This document shows, in pieces, positions 34,543 through 43,202 of a DNA stretch of 51,157 bases. The notes under the pieces are model-generated. The model was not told the DNA's origin, made no database searches, and worked only from the letters and a program-made list of their open reading frames with translations. The first letter of the stretch is position 1. Each line of letters starts with the position of its first letter. The stretch spans positions 1 through 51,157 of the forward strand of contig JAKLKB010000032.1 of the NCBI GenBank assembly GCA_023150835.1, in the 5' to 3' direction. The DNA comes from Myxococcota bacterium (GTDB lineage: Bacteria > Myxococcota_C > UBA6777). A program made the translations under genes and the position numbers.

Positions 34543-34840
34543 TCTCCACGGCTCCAACACACAACAACACCGCTACAGCGGGGCCGCTTTCTTTGATCTA
34601 TGTGGACTCTTTCCTCTCTTTAGGAGGCTTTTGTGGACAAAAAACCCCGTGCTCTCGCCCGATCAAGCGACAGCGTTGTTTGTTTGAAAAACAATCGCTC
34701 TCTTCGCCAAACACGGGGTCAAGGGGGCCGAGACCCCTTGCGGGGTTTGGGGCAGCGCCCCATCAAACAAGCCAACTGCGTCAGTTCTTTCTTTACCTTG
34801 CTCCCAACAACAACGGGAGCGCACACAAAAGGAAACGCCA

Positions 34841-35941
34841 ATGCAACACGAACGTCGCCGTGTCCTCTTGATGGACGATGAGATCGCTTCCAGCCCATTG
34901 CTCAAACAAACTGTACAGGCGCTGCGCGAAGCGGGCTTCGATGTCACCGAAACCGACCGTATGTCCGCTGCGATGGATGCTTTTTATCAAAGCTACTATC
35001 ACATCTTTATCCTCGATATCGATATGAGCTTTGTCGAAGATATCCAAAATGGCGATGGCTCCGATGTCGCTCGCTTCTTTCGCGCCCTTGATAGCGAAAC
35101 CAACGTGATCTTTTTCAGCGCCCGTGGAAAGATCCGCCATTGGTTTGCCGCCGCAAACTACCATCTCTTCGGCTATGTCTTCAAAAGTGATGGCCCTGAT
35201 CCCATCCAAAAGCTGGTCGATCTCGCCCAACAAGCCGCCACCACAAAACCTCCGCACTCTTCGTTGTTGCGAAAACCCAGTCCCCCTCAACGTGCGATGC
35301 TTTACTTGCCTTCCTCCCTCCAGTCCGTCTCCGCACAAGACCTCCAACGTTGGACGCAAGAGGCCCTTCCTTCGTGGGAGATCGTCTCCTTCTCCGAAGC
35401 CCCTGACGCCGCCCTTCAACTCGAACAATCTCCCCGTACATGGGGGCTTGTGATCGCTGCTTCCGATTCTTTTTCCACTCGACCCCGACAAATCGGACCG
35501 ATCCGACAACTCTGTCGCCCTGATCTCCAACCCCACACGATCTACGCCTGTTGCGGCATCGAAAACAACAAAGACGCCATCTTGGATCTCGTGAACGCCC
35601 ATCCTTTCCGCTTCCTTGATCTCCTTGACACCGACTTCTCTTCCCAATTCACACAGGCCATCCTCGATGCTGTCCGACTCTACGGCCTCCAAGAGCGCTT
35701 GCTTGCTTCTCCCGATGCTCTCAAACGCCTTCGTCTCGACTTTTCCGAGGAAACCTACGCTCTTGTTCGCGACTCTTTCCCTGATGACCACGCTTGGGAG
35801 ATCGCCGAAGATTCTTCCGACTCTCTCGACGCTTCCGACCAAGAATACACAGACGACTCTTCCGACGATCCCGAAAACGATGACCAAGGCACCTCCGAAA
35901 CATCTCCTGCCCCCCATCCTCACAAGGAGGAACTCACATGA
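34841..35941 (+). CDS. Response regulator with a REC domain, a second REC-like domain and an acidic tail; no DNA-binding output domain
   Basis: VLLMDDE, IFILDIDM, FFSAR, GYVFK. The second domain has the HPFRFL pattern. The C-terminus is Asp/Glu-rich. Confidence 0.8.
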   Translation: MQHERRRVLLMDDEIASSPLLKQTVQALREAGFDVTETDRMSAAMDAFYQSYYHIFILDIDMSFVEDIQNGDGSDVARFFRALDSETNVIFFSARGKIRHWFAAANYHLFGYVFKSDGPDPIQKLVDLAQQAATTKPPHSSLLRKPSPPQRAMLYLPSSLQSVSAQDLQRWTQEALPSWEIVSFSEAPDAALQLEQSPRTWGLVIAASDSFSTRPRQIGPIRQLCRPDLQPHTIYACCGIENNKDAILDLVNAHPFRFLDLLDTDFSSQFTQAILDAVRLYGLQERLLASPDALKRLRLDFSEETYALVRDSFPDDHAWEIAEDSSDSLDASDQEYTDDSSDDPENDDQGTSETSPAPHPHKEELT

Positions 35942-37047
35942 ACACCCGTCCCTCCGCTCCCAACGTCTTTCGCAAACCTTCTCCTTCGCACCGTCCTTCA
36001 CGTCCCACACGCACTGCACCCCAAACCTTCATCCTCGATACCAACATCCTCCATCTTTGGGTGATGGAGATGACCGGTACCCCGCCTCCTTCTTCTTTCG
36101 ATCACATCCGCGCTCAAAAAGAACACGAAAAGCGCGCACGCGCCAAAAGCTTTTGCGAAAGCGCTTGCTCCCAACGCCTCTTTGTGATCCCCCCCGTCGT
36201 TTGGGTCGAGCTGTACGGTGTCCTTTTACAAAAAGATATCGATGTCTCCAACTATGTTCATTGGCGTCGTCTCCGCAAAGCCGCCCTCCAGCCGCTTGAG
36301 TCGATGATCGGGATGTCGGGGACTTTTTTTTCCATCGGTGAAGAAGAACTCGATCACGAACGCGCTGTCGAGATGTGCCGTGCTGAAGCCTCCGCAGAAC
36401 TCCTTGCCGCGTGGTCCGAGCGCGTCGGGCGTACCTATGACGACGGACGCCCCGTTGTGATCAAGGGACTTGACGGCATCGATGCCGCGATCTTGTCCTA
36501 CGCATGGAGCTATGCAGAAGCCCATCCTGATCGCGAAGTTCGTCTTGTCAGCGACGATCACGGCCTCGGCTTGATGGTTCAAGAACTCCACCGTTCCCCC
36601 AGCCTCGCTGGCGAAGAAATGCCCCCAAATCTCGGCTTCCGTAGCCTTTGGGGCAAACGCTTTCCCGAAACCCTCTCTTTCCATCCTCCTTCCACACCAC
36701 CCACCGCCACTTCCACTAAAGACGTCGTCTCCCCTACATCCACCGCCACTTCCTCTCAAGGCTCCACCATCCCCCCCAAAAACGCCGTCTCCCCCAAAGA
36801 CGCCGCCTCTCCTACACCCACCGCCACTTCCACTAAAGACGCCGCCTCCCCTACAACCACCGCCACTTCCACTAAAGACGCCATCTCTCCTACACCCATC
36901 GCCACTTCCGCTAAAGACGCCGTCTCCCCTACATCCACCGCTGCTTCCTCACCCTCTCCCGTCTCTCTGCCCTCGCCCGCTGTTGCGAACTCCGATACCG
37001 CAAACACACTTGCGCAAACGGCCTCGACTGTGTCAGAAAAACCCTAG
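35938..37047 (+). CDS. PIN-domain ribonuclease with a Thr/Ser/Pro-rich repeat tail
   Basis: ATGA overlap with the regulator; the PIN acidic tetrad is visible in FILDTNIL, VWVELY, DGIDAAIL, LVSDD; C-terminal KDAxSPTxTATST repeats. Confidence 0.8.
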   Translation: MNTRPSAPNVFRKPSPSHRPSRPTRTAPQTFILDTNILHLWVMEMTGTPPPSSFDHIRAQKEHEKRARAKSFCESACSQRLFVIPPVVWVELYGVLLQKDIDVSNYVHWRRLRKAALQPLESMIGMSGTFFSIGEEELDHERAVEMCRAEASAELLAAWSERVGRTYDDGRPVVIKGLDGIDAAILSYAWSYAEAHPDREVRLVSDDHGLGLMVQELHRSPSLAGEEMPPNLGFRSLWGKRFPETLSFHPPSTPPTATSTKDVVSPTSTATSSQGSTIPPKNAVSPKDAASPTPTATSTKDAASPTTTATSTKDAISPTPIATSAKDAVSPTSTAASSPSPVSLPSPAVANSDTANTLAQTASTVSEKP

Positions 37048-37218
37048 CCACACTCGCCCGCCCTCGGGCCGCTTCTGAAAGGAGCAACTCCCTGAGAAAC
37101 CCCGTTTCCGCGCCCCCACCAAGCGGCACAGTCGTTGGATTGAAACACCACTGCTTGTCCCGCCAATACGGGGTCAAGGGGGCAAAGCTCCCTTGCGGGG
37201 TTTGGGGCCGCGCCCCAA

Positions 37219-37405
37219 AAGAGCAGTCCAAAAACCCAAAAAGATCAAACCAAAAACCCAAACCAAAAGATCACCCCTCTTTTCCCTTCCCTAAATACAC
37301 AAGGACCGAGCAAGAGCAATCCAAAAACCCAAAAAGATCAAATCAAAAACCCAAACCAAAAGATCACCCTTCTTTTCCCTTCCCTAAATACACAAGGACC
37401 GAGCA
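37219..37405 (+). repeat. 93-bp direct duplication of the CARF gene 5' region, including its RBS
   Basis: Two near-identical copies end in ACACAAGGACCGAGCA; the first is followed by AG and the second by TG, which forms the start codon. Confidence 0.85.
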
Positions 37406-38886
37406 TGACGAACCAAACTCCGTTACAAGAAAAAACCGCTGAATGGAAGCGCCTTGCCGAAGAAGGAAAGGGCTCTGTTGACGAAGCCACCGCCTTTTAT
37501 GATCGCGAAGTGTTTCCGCTCGTTCGCACCCACTTCATCGAAGATGCCGAAGCGAAGGGCATTCACCCTGTTGACGCGCTGATCTTGCCCGTAGGCACAA
37601 GCCCTGAGCCGATTATCTTGTCCATCTTGGCCCTCAAGCCGCAGCGCGTGATGTTTTTGCCCACCCCTCAAACCCGCCAGCATCTCGACCGCATCATCGC
37701 TGAAACCCAGCTCAAACCCAGTCAATACCAAGACAAGACGATCGATGGCTCCGATGTCTTGGAGATCTACCGATGTATGCACCAAGCCGTCCGCGAGTGG
37801 CCTATCGCCACAAAGATCGGCGTCGATATCACCGCTGGAAAAAAGGTCATGTCCGCAGCTTGCGCCATTGCAGGCACCCTGATCGAGATGCGGATCTTTT
37901 ACGTCGATAGCGACTACCTCCCCAAACTCCGCCGCCCCGAACCCGGAACCGAGTACTTGAGCGAACTGCCCAATCCGCTCGTTGTCTTCGGCGATATCGA
38001 AGAACGTGAGGCCCGTAAACTTTATGCTGCCGCTGATTATGCCGGTGCTGCCAAACTTTGGGAACACCTCGCCATACGCATCCAAAACCCCACCGCTCCG
38101 GCTCTTTTCTCCTTCCTCGCACGTACCTACGAAGCGTGGGATCAACTCCACTACGCCAACGCCTTGGCTTCCATCCAAAAGCTCAATCAATCCGTCCGAC
38201 AATTTGGAAAAGATGCGCCTGTGTTTTTTCAATCCCACAAAGACCGCCTTTTCAAACAACAGCGCCTGCTCGAACGCATGGCCCATTCCGTCGATGAGAT
38301 GGGCAAAGAGACCGCTCTTGATTTGCAGATCCTCCAACAAAAAGACGCCATCCACGCCCTGATCCTCGAACTTTGGGCCTACGCCCAACGCAAGATCCAC
38401 CTCCGCGACCTCTCGACCGCCTCCTTGCTTCTGTATCGCACCGCCGAGCTTCTTGCACAACGCCGCCTTGCCCTTTATGGCATCGATCCTTCTCTCGCCG
38501 ATTATGCCCAACCCGGTATCGATCCCCAAGCCCTTCTCGATGCCGTCAATGCCCAACGCGTTTCCTTTAAATTTGAACGCCTCCAAGAACTCCCCATCAA
38601 GATCGCTATGCTCGATGCCTACGTGCTTTTGATCGCTCTCAACGATCCTTATGCTGCTCCTCTGGCCGAAAAACAATACAGCGGACTACAGCGCTTCAAT
38701 GGCATCATCAAGGCCCGAAATTCCTCGATCTTTGCTCACGGCTTTAAATTCGTCGCAGACGAACACGTCCGAAAAATGCGCGCCGAAGTCGAAGCACGCT
38801 TGCTTGATTTCTTCCGTGTCGAGGGCGTCTCCGATCCAGAGATCCAAGCCCAACAACAAGAACATTGTTTCCTAACCTTGGAGTGA
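37405..38886 (+). CDS. CRISPR-associated CARF protein with a C-terminal HEPN-like RNase motif (TIGR02710/Cas_02710-like)
   Basis: CARF motifs LILPVGTSPEPII and VDITAGKKVMS; IFYVDS...RRPEPGTE...LPNP; LYRTAEL; HEPN-like RNSSIFAHG. Confidence 0.85.
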   Translation: MTNQTPLQEKTAEWKRLAEEGKGSVDEATAFYDREVFPLVRTHFIEDAEAKGIHPVDALILPVGTSPEPIILSILALKPQRVMFLPTPQTRQHLDRIIAETQLKPSQYQDKTIDGSDVLEIYRCMHQAVREWPIATKIGVDITAGKKVMSAACAIAGTLIEMRIFYVDSDYLPKLRRPEPGTEYLSELPNPLVVFGDIEEREARKLYAAADYAGAAKLWEHLAIRIQNPTAPALFSFLARTYEAWDQLHYANALASIQKLNQSVRQFGKDAPVFFQSHKDRLFKQQRLLERMAHSVDEMGKETALDLQILQQKDAIHALILELWAYAQRKIHLRDLSTASLLLYRTAELLAQRRLALYGIDPSLADYAQPGIDPQALLDAVNAQRVSFKFERLQELPIKIAMLDAYVLLIALNDPYAAPLAEKQYSGLQRFNGIIKARNSSIFAHGFKFVADEHVRKMRAEVEARLLDFFRVEGVSDPEIQAQQQEHCFLTLE

Positions 38887-38926
38887 CCCAAGGCTATCTG
38901 CGAACTTGTATCATAGGAGAATTTCG

Positions 38927-39904
38927 ATGTATGGACTCGAAAAGCTGGAGATCGCACAGGTCTCTTGTCTCTTGCGAGCCAAGCGAAGCGCGGAGCTTCC
39001 ACCTTACCTTGGCTCGACTTTGCGTGGAGCGATCATCGATGCGATGCGGGCGACGGCTTGTCCGATGCGTTGCGAAAAGGTCGATGCTTGCGAAGGCAGA
39101 GCGCATTGCCCTTATGCTTATTGCTTTTCACCGCCACCACCGCCCCGCCAAGAAAACCTTCGGGGCTTTCTTGATCCCCCCCGCCCTGTCTTTGTGATCC
39201 CTCCGCCGATCCAAGCCACCGCGTGGGAACCTGCTCAACCTCTGCCCTTTGATCTGATCTTTGTGGGCCGTTCGATCACTTATTTTCAACAAGTTGCGGC
39301 TTCGCTGATCTTTGCTGTGCAGCATGGCCTCGGAAAAGGCCGCGCCCCTTTTGATTTGCTTGCCGTTCAAAATTGCCTCGGTGAACACAAAGGCGTCTCT
39401 CTTTGGAACCAAAACAAAGACTTCTTTTTGCCTGTTCAACCCACTCCCATCGCTGATGTTTTTCCCCTTCAGATCGGCCCTTCTGATACTGTACATATCA
39501 CTTTTCTTTCTCCGCTGCGTCTCGTCGAGCAAAACAAACTGCTGATGAAGCTTTCGTTTCGGTCTTTTTTCGGCCCTTTGTTGCGCCGTCTCTCTTCTCT
39601 TTTGTACTTCCACTGCGACGGCGAGTTGCAGATGGATATCCGTGATACCTTGTCCCGCGCTGAATCCGTTCAAACCCTCTCTTCTCACCTCGAATACGTC
39701 CCCCTCGAACGTTGGAGTAGTCGGCAAAATCAACACGTCCCGATGGATGGCTTGATGGGTTCGATCCTTTGGAAAGGCGATCTGATCCCTCACGTCTGGC
39801 CTTTGTTGCAGATCGGTTCGTTGCTCCACGTCGGCAAAGGCGTCAGTCTCGGTCTTGGGCGTTATCAGATCTCTTCTCTTCCTTCTCTTCCTTCTCTTCC
39901 CTAG
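38927..39904 (+). CDS. cas6: CRISPR pre-crRNA processing endoribonuclease Cas6 (variant with a Cys-rich N-terminal insert)
   Basis: AGGAGA RBS; YLGSTLRGA, CxxxC...C...CPY, PPRPVF, GLGKGR, FLSPLRL, and the G-rich loop HVGKGVSLGLGRY. Confidence 0.9.
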   Translation: MYGLEKLEIAQVSCLLRAKRSAELPPYLGSTLRGAIIDAMRATACPMRCEKVDACEGRAHCPYAYCFSPPPPPRQENLRGFLDPPRPVFVIPPPIQATAWEPAQPLPFDLIFVGRSITYFQQVAASLIFAVQHGLGKGRAPFDLLAVQNCLGEHKGVSLWNQNKDFFLPVQPTPIADVFPLQIGPSDTVHITFLSPLRLVEQNKLLMKLSFRSFFGPLLRRLSSLLYFHCDGELQMDIRDTLSRAESVQTLSSHLEYVPLERWSSRQNQHVPMDGLMGSILWKGDLIPHVWPLLQIGSLLHVGKGVSLGLGRYQISSLPSLPSLP

Positions 39905-40630
39905 TTGGAAATTCTCTGCGGAGGTTCCACCCCACGCCCCTTCTTGTTTTGTGGGGTTCCACCCCACGCCCCTTCTTGTTTTGTGGGGTTCCACCCCACG
40001 CCCCGCAAGGGAGCGCGGCTCCCTTGACCCCGTATTGGCGGGGCAAACAGACGTTTTTCAAACCAACAACGGCTCCGCTTGAAAGGGCGCGAACACGGGT
40101 TTTTTTGGCAACTGCGTCTCTCTTCTCCTAATTGGACCTATACGATATCCGCGTGATCGGTGATCGAAGGAGAGTACGTAGACGCCCGATTGTTGGGCAG
40201 CCACAGGGGGCTGCCCCTACCTTTTTACGATAAGTCAACGGGCGGATCTCGTATTATGCGGTTGAAAAGGGAAACCCTGAGATATCAGAACGTTGTAGGG
40301 GCGGTTCGCGAACCGCCCACGCCCGAACATCTGCCTTTTTCGTATCGAACTGCGTAAGTCCTATCCTAATTGGAATACGGTATCCGAGAGATGTGTACCT
40401 AAAGCAAACGTCTGCGAATACGTCTTTTTTCTCTGCACGCCACTCCTTTTTTTCAAAAACAACAGCTATGTTTCTTGAACGTCTGCGAACGCGTCTTTTT
40501 TCTCGATAAGCCACTCCTATCTTCGCAAGCTATTTCTTTTCTTCTGTTTGGTTTGTTCTCTCGGGATGTCGGGGATTTTACCCTGTGGTTCTGTATGGGC
40601 AAAGTGACACAAAAAGAATGGAGGTTTGCT

Positions 40631-43117
40631 ATGACAACGCTTCGGATGGACGGGCTTTTTTCCCGCGTTGTGTCGATCGCGTCTCTGCGCAGCGCTTTTT
40701 TTGAAGAACTCGATCGCAGCGAGGCGATCGGCATGGATGGGATGCGGCCTAGCGAATTTGGCAACGATCTCGAACGCGAATTGAGCCGCTTGCACGAAGA
40801 GCTGATCAACGGACGCTATCGCGCCCAACCTGTCGTTCGGATATTTGTTCAAAAACCAAACGGTGGCCGCCGTGCATTGGGGATTAGCGCTGTGCGTGAT
40901 CGTGTCTTGCAACGCTCGATCTTGCGAGCGCTGGCACCGATCTTTGAAGAGCGCTTTCTGGACTGCTCCCACGCATATCGTCCCCGTCGTTCGGCACAAA
41001 CGGCGCTTCACCACCTGCTCTCTTTGCGTGATGCGGGCTTTTCATGGGTGGTCGAGTCCGATATCGAAGATTGTTTTGGTTCGGTGGATGGCCCGCTGTT
41101 GCAACGTGAACTCGAAGCCATTACGGGCGATATCCAGCTTTCTCATCTGGTGATGCGCATCCTTCAATCGGGTGTCTTGGAATCTGGTTGCTTGCGCGAT
41201 GCCTATCTCGGACTACCCCAAGGAAGTCCCTTGAGTCCGCTGCTTTCCAACATCTATCTCCATCCCTTTGATGTCGAACTGGTTCAAGCTGGTTATCCAC
41301 TTGTCCGATACGCCGACGACTTTGTTGTTCTTGCTCACGATCAAAAAGAAGCTGAGATCGCTCTCCAAGCTGTACAAGATGCCCTCGCCCTTCGCGCTTT
41401 GCGACCCCACCCCCAAAAAACACGCCTTTCTCGTTTCCAAGACGGCATCTCTTTTCTTGGCTTTCTGATCGATGCTCAAGACCATCGGCCTAACCCCAAG
41501 TCCATCCAAAACCTTCTCGACCGACTCAATGAGGCCCGCTCTTCCCGTACTAAGCTCTCTCCTGCCGAACGCTTCGCCCAAAACGAAGCGATCCTTCAAG
41601 GTTGGCGTGCTTATTTTTCTCACTTCGGCGATCTTTCTCTGCCTCATCCTGAACAAGCCCTTGCTGCCGCATCCGTCGCTTTACGCCACAACGAAATACC
41701 CACCGCACAGCGCTTTTTGAAACAATCCGCCTCCCTTCACGAACCCTTTTTCGTCCAGCGCCGCACAGAACTCCAGCACAAGCTGTCTCAACTCTCTCCA
41801 CACAAAGGGCTTTTGTCGATCCAGCGCCACGTGCCTTCCTCTACCCCCCGCCGTCTCCTCCCTTACGGCCCCTCCGCTACACATATCGAAGCTCTCCCTC
41901 GCACTCCTTCCCCCACTCCCCCACAATACCCGCAGATCGACCCTTCCTTTCCGTTCGATACCTCGCCGATCACTGCCTCCAACCGCATCCATACTCCTTC
42001 CACGCCTTCTGACCGCACCGATACCCTCGACGCTATCGCCCTGAATCGCATTGACACGCTACCTCCCACGCCTTCTGACCGCACCGATACCCTCGAAGCC
42101 ACCGCTCTACACCCTCTCGGAGCCCACCACATCGCGCTCTCGATCCACACCGAGTCGATGGAGCCGCCGATCTCGCCGCTCCTTCGGCCCGATGTTTCCC
42201 CCTTGGAAGAGATCGAGGTGCTTCGGCGCGAACGCCTGCGTTTTCCCGATGAACCCACGATCTTGTTTGAGCTTGCGGAGGTGTATTGGCGTGCTGATCA
42301 GCCCTTGATCGCGACACATCTCCAACAGATCGCCGAAGCCCTCCCTCGATCTCCTGCTTTCCTTCCGATGCGTTGGCGCACAGAAGGTCCGATCCTTCGC
42401 CAAACACACGCCCTCGAAGATGCCTACTTTGCGCTGTTTTCGCGTGCCTCACACTTTTTGACTTACGGTGTGCAGCCCGATGGGCGCTTGCAGATCATCC
42501 CGCATGATGGGCGCTTTGGAGCGTTGCAGCTTCTTTCGCATCTGCGCGGTGACGCGATCTTTGGAGCGTATCTCTTGCGCCCTGATCAACGTACGCTGTT
42601 TGCGGCCTTGGAGGTTGAACCGACGCAGCGTATCTTGGCGGATGCTTGGAAAGATCCACACGAACGCAGCCAAGCCTCTCAGGCAGCTTGCCTCTACATA
42701 CTCGAAGCCGTCCGACGCTTGCGCGTTTGGGGCATCTCACCCTTGCTTCAACAAAACGGACAACATGGTTTTCGGCTGTGGCTTTTTTTTGCAAACCCTC
42801 AATCTACCGCCTCGATCAAGCGCTTCTGGCGTTCTTTGTTTGTATTCCTTCCTCCTCTTCCCACAGGACTCAGCCGTCAGTCTTTCCCCGAAAGCCCCAG
42901 CGAGCGCTGGCCGCATGGAGGCCGCCCGATCACCTTGCCGCTCGGCTCTCATCCGCGTACAGGCCGACGCACCTTACTTTTGAACCCCGAAGATGCCTCC
43001 ATTCAAGACGTTGAAACCGCCCTCCATTCGGTCCGAATGCTCGATGACTCCGCGCTCTCCCGTGTCTACAACGCTTTCCCCAACCCATCACAACCTCGGC
43101 CTCGACGCAAACACTGA
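40631..43117 (+). CDS. CRISPR-associated group II intron-like reverse transcriptase fused to a TPR-like unit and a degenerate AEP primase-polymerase domain
   Basis: GGAGGT RBS; RT motifs GMDG, KPNGGRRALGI, RDRVLQ, SHAYRP, ESDIEDCF, GLPQGSPLSPLLSNIYL, YADDF, FLGF; thumb-like LQGWRAYF. The C-terminal ~200 aa aligns by eye with the AEP domain of the next gene. Confidence 0.9.
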   Translation: MTTLRMDGLFSRVVSIASLRSAFFEELDRSEAIGMDGMRPSEFGNDLERELSRLHEELINGRYRAQPVVRIFVQKPNGGRRALGISAVRDRVLQRSILRALAPIFEERFLDCSHAYRPRRSAQTALHHLLSLRDAGFSWVVESDIEDCFGSVDGPLLQRELEAITGDIQLSHLVMRILQSGVLESGCLRDAYLGLPQGSPLSPLLSNIYLHPFDVELVQAGYPLVRYADDFVVLAHDQKEAEIALQAVQDALALRALRPHPQKTRLSRFQDGISFLGFLIDAQDHRPNPKSIQNLLDRLNEARSSRTKLSPAERFAQNEAILQGWRAYFSHFGDLSLPHPEQALAAASVALRHNEIPTAQRFLKQSASLHEPFFVQRRTELQHKLSQLSPHKGLLSIQRHVPSSTPRRLLPYGPSATHIEALPRTPSPTPPQYPQIDPSFPFDTSPITASNRIHTPSTPSDRTDTLDAIALNRIDTLPPTPSDRTDTLEATALHPLGAHHIALSIHTESMEPPISPLLRPDVSPLEEIEVLRRERLRFPDEPTILFELAEVYWRADQPLIATHLQQIAEALPRSPAFLPMRWRTEGPILRQTHALEDAYFALFSRASHFLTYGVQPDGRLQIIPHDGRFGALQLLSHLRGDAIFGAYLLRPDQRTLFAALEVEPTQRILADAWKDPHERSQASQAACLYILEAVRRLRVWGISPLLQQNGQHGFRLWLFFANPQSTASIKRFWRSLFVFLPPLPTGLSRQSFPESPSERWPHGGRPITLPLGSHPRTGRRTLLLNPEDASIQDVETALHSVRMLDDSALSRVYNAFPNPSQPRPRRKH

Positions 43118-43202
43118 TGAGGAACCGATCATGCGATCCCAAAATAAATCCTGCTTTGCTCTCCTTCTCTTCTTTCAATACAACCACCCATAGGAGCCGA
43201 TC

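Noticed and set aside
40631-43117. RT as a mobile group II intron, retron or DGR
   Set aside because: No intron domain V/VI, msr-msd or TR/VR pair was seen. The PQGSPLSP/YADD motifs are group II-like, and the gene is AEP-fused and embedded among cas genes.
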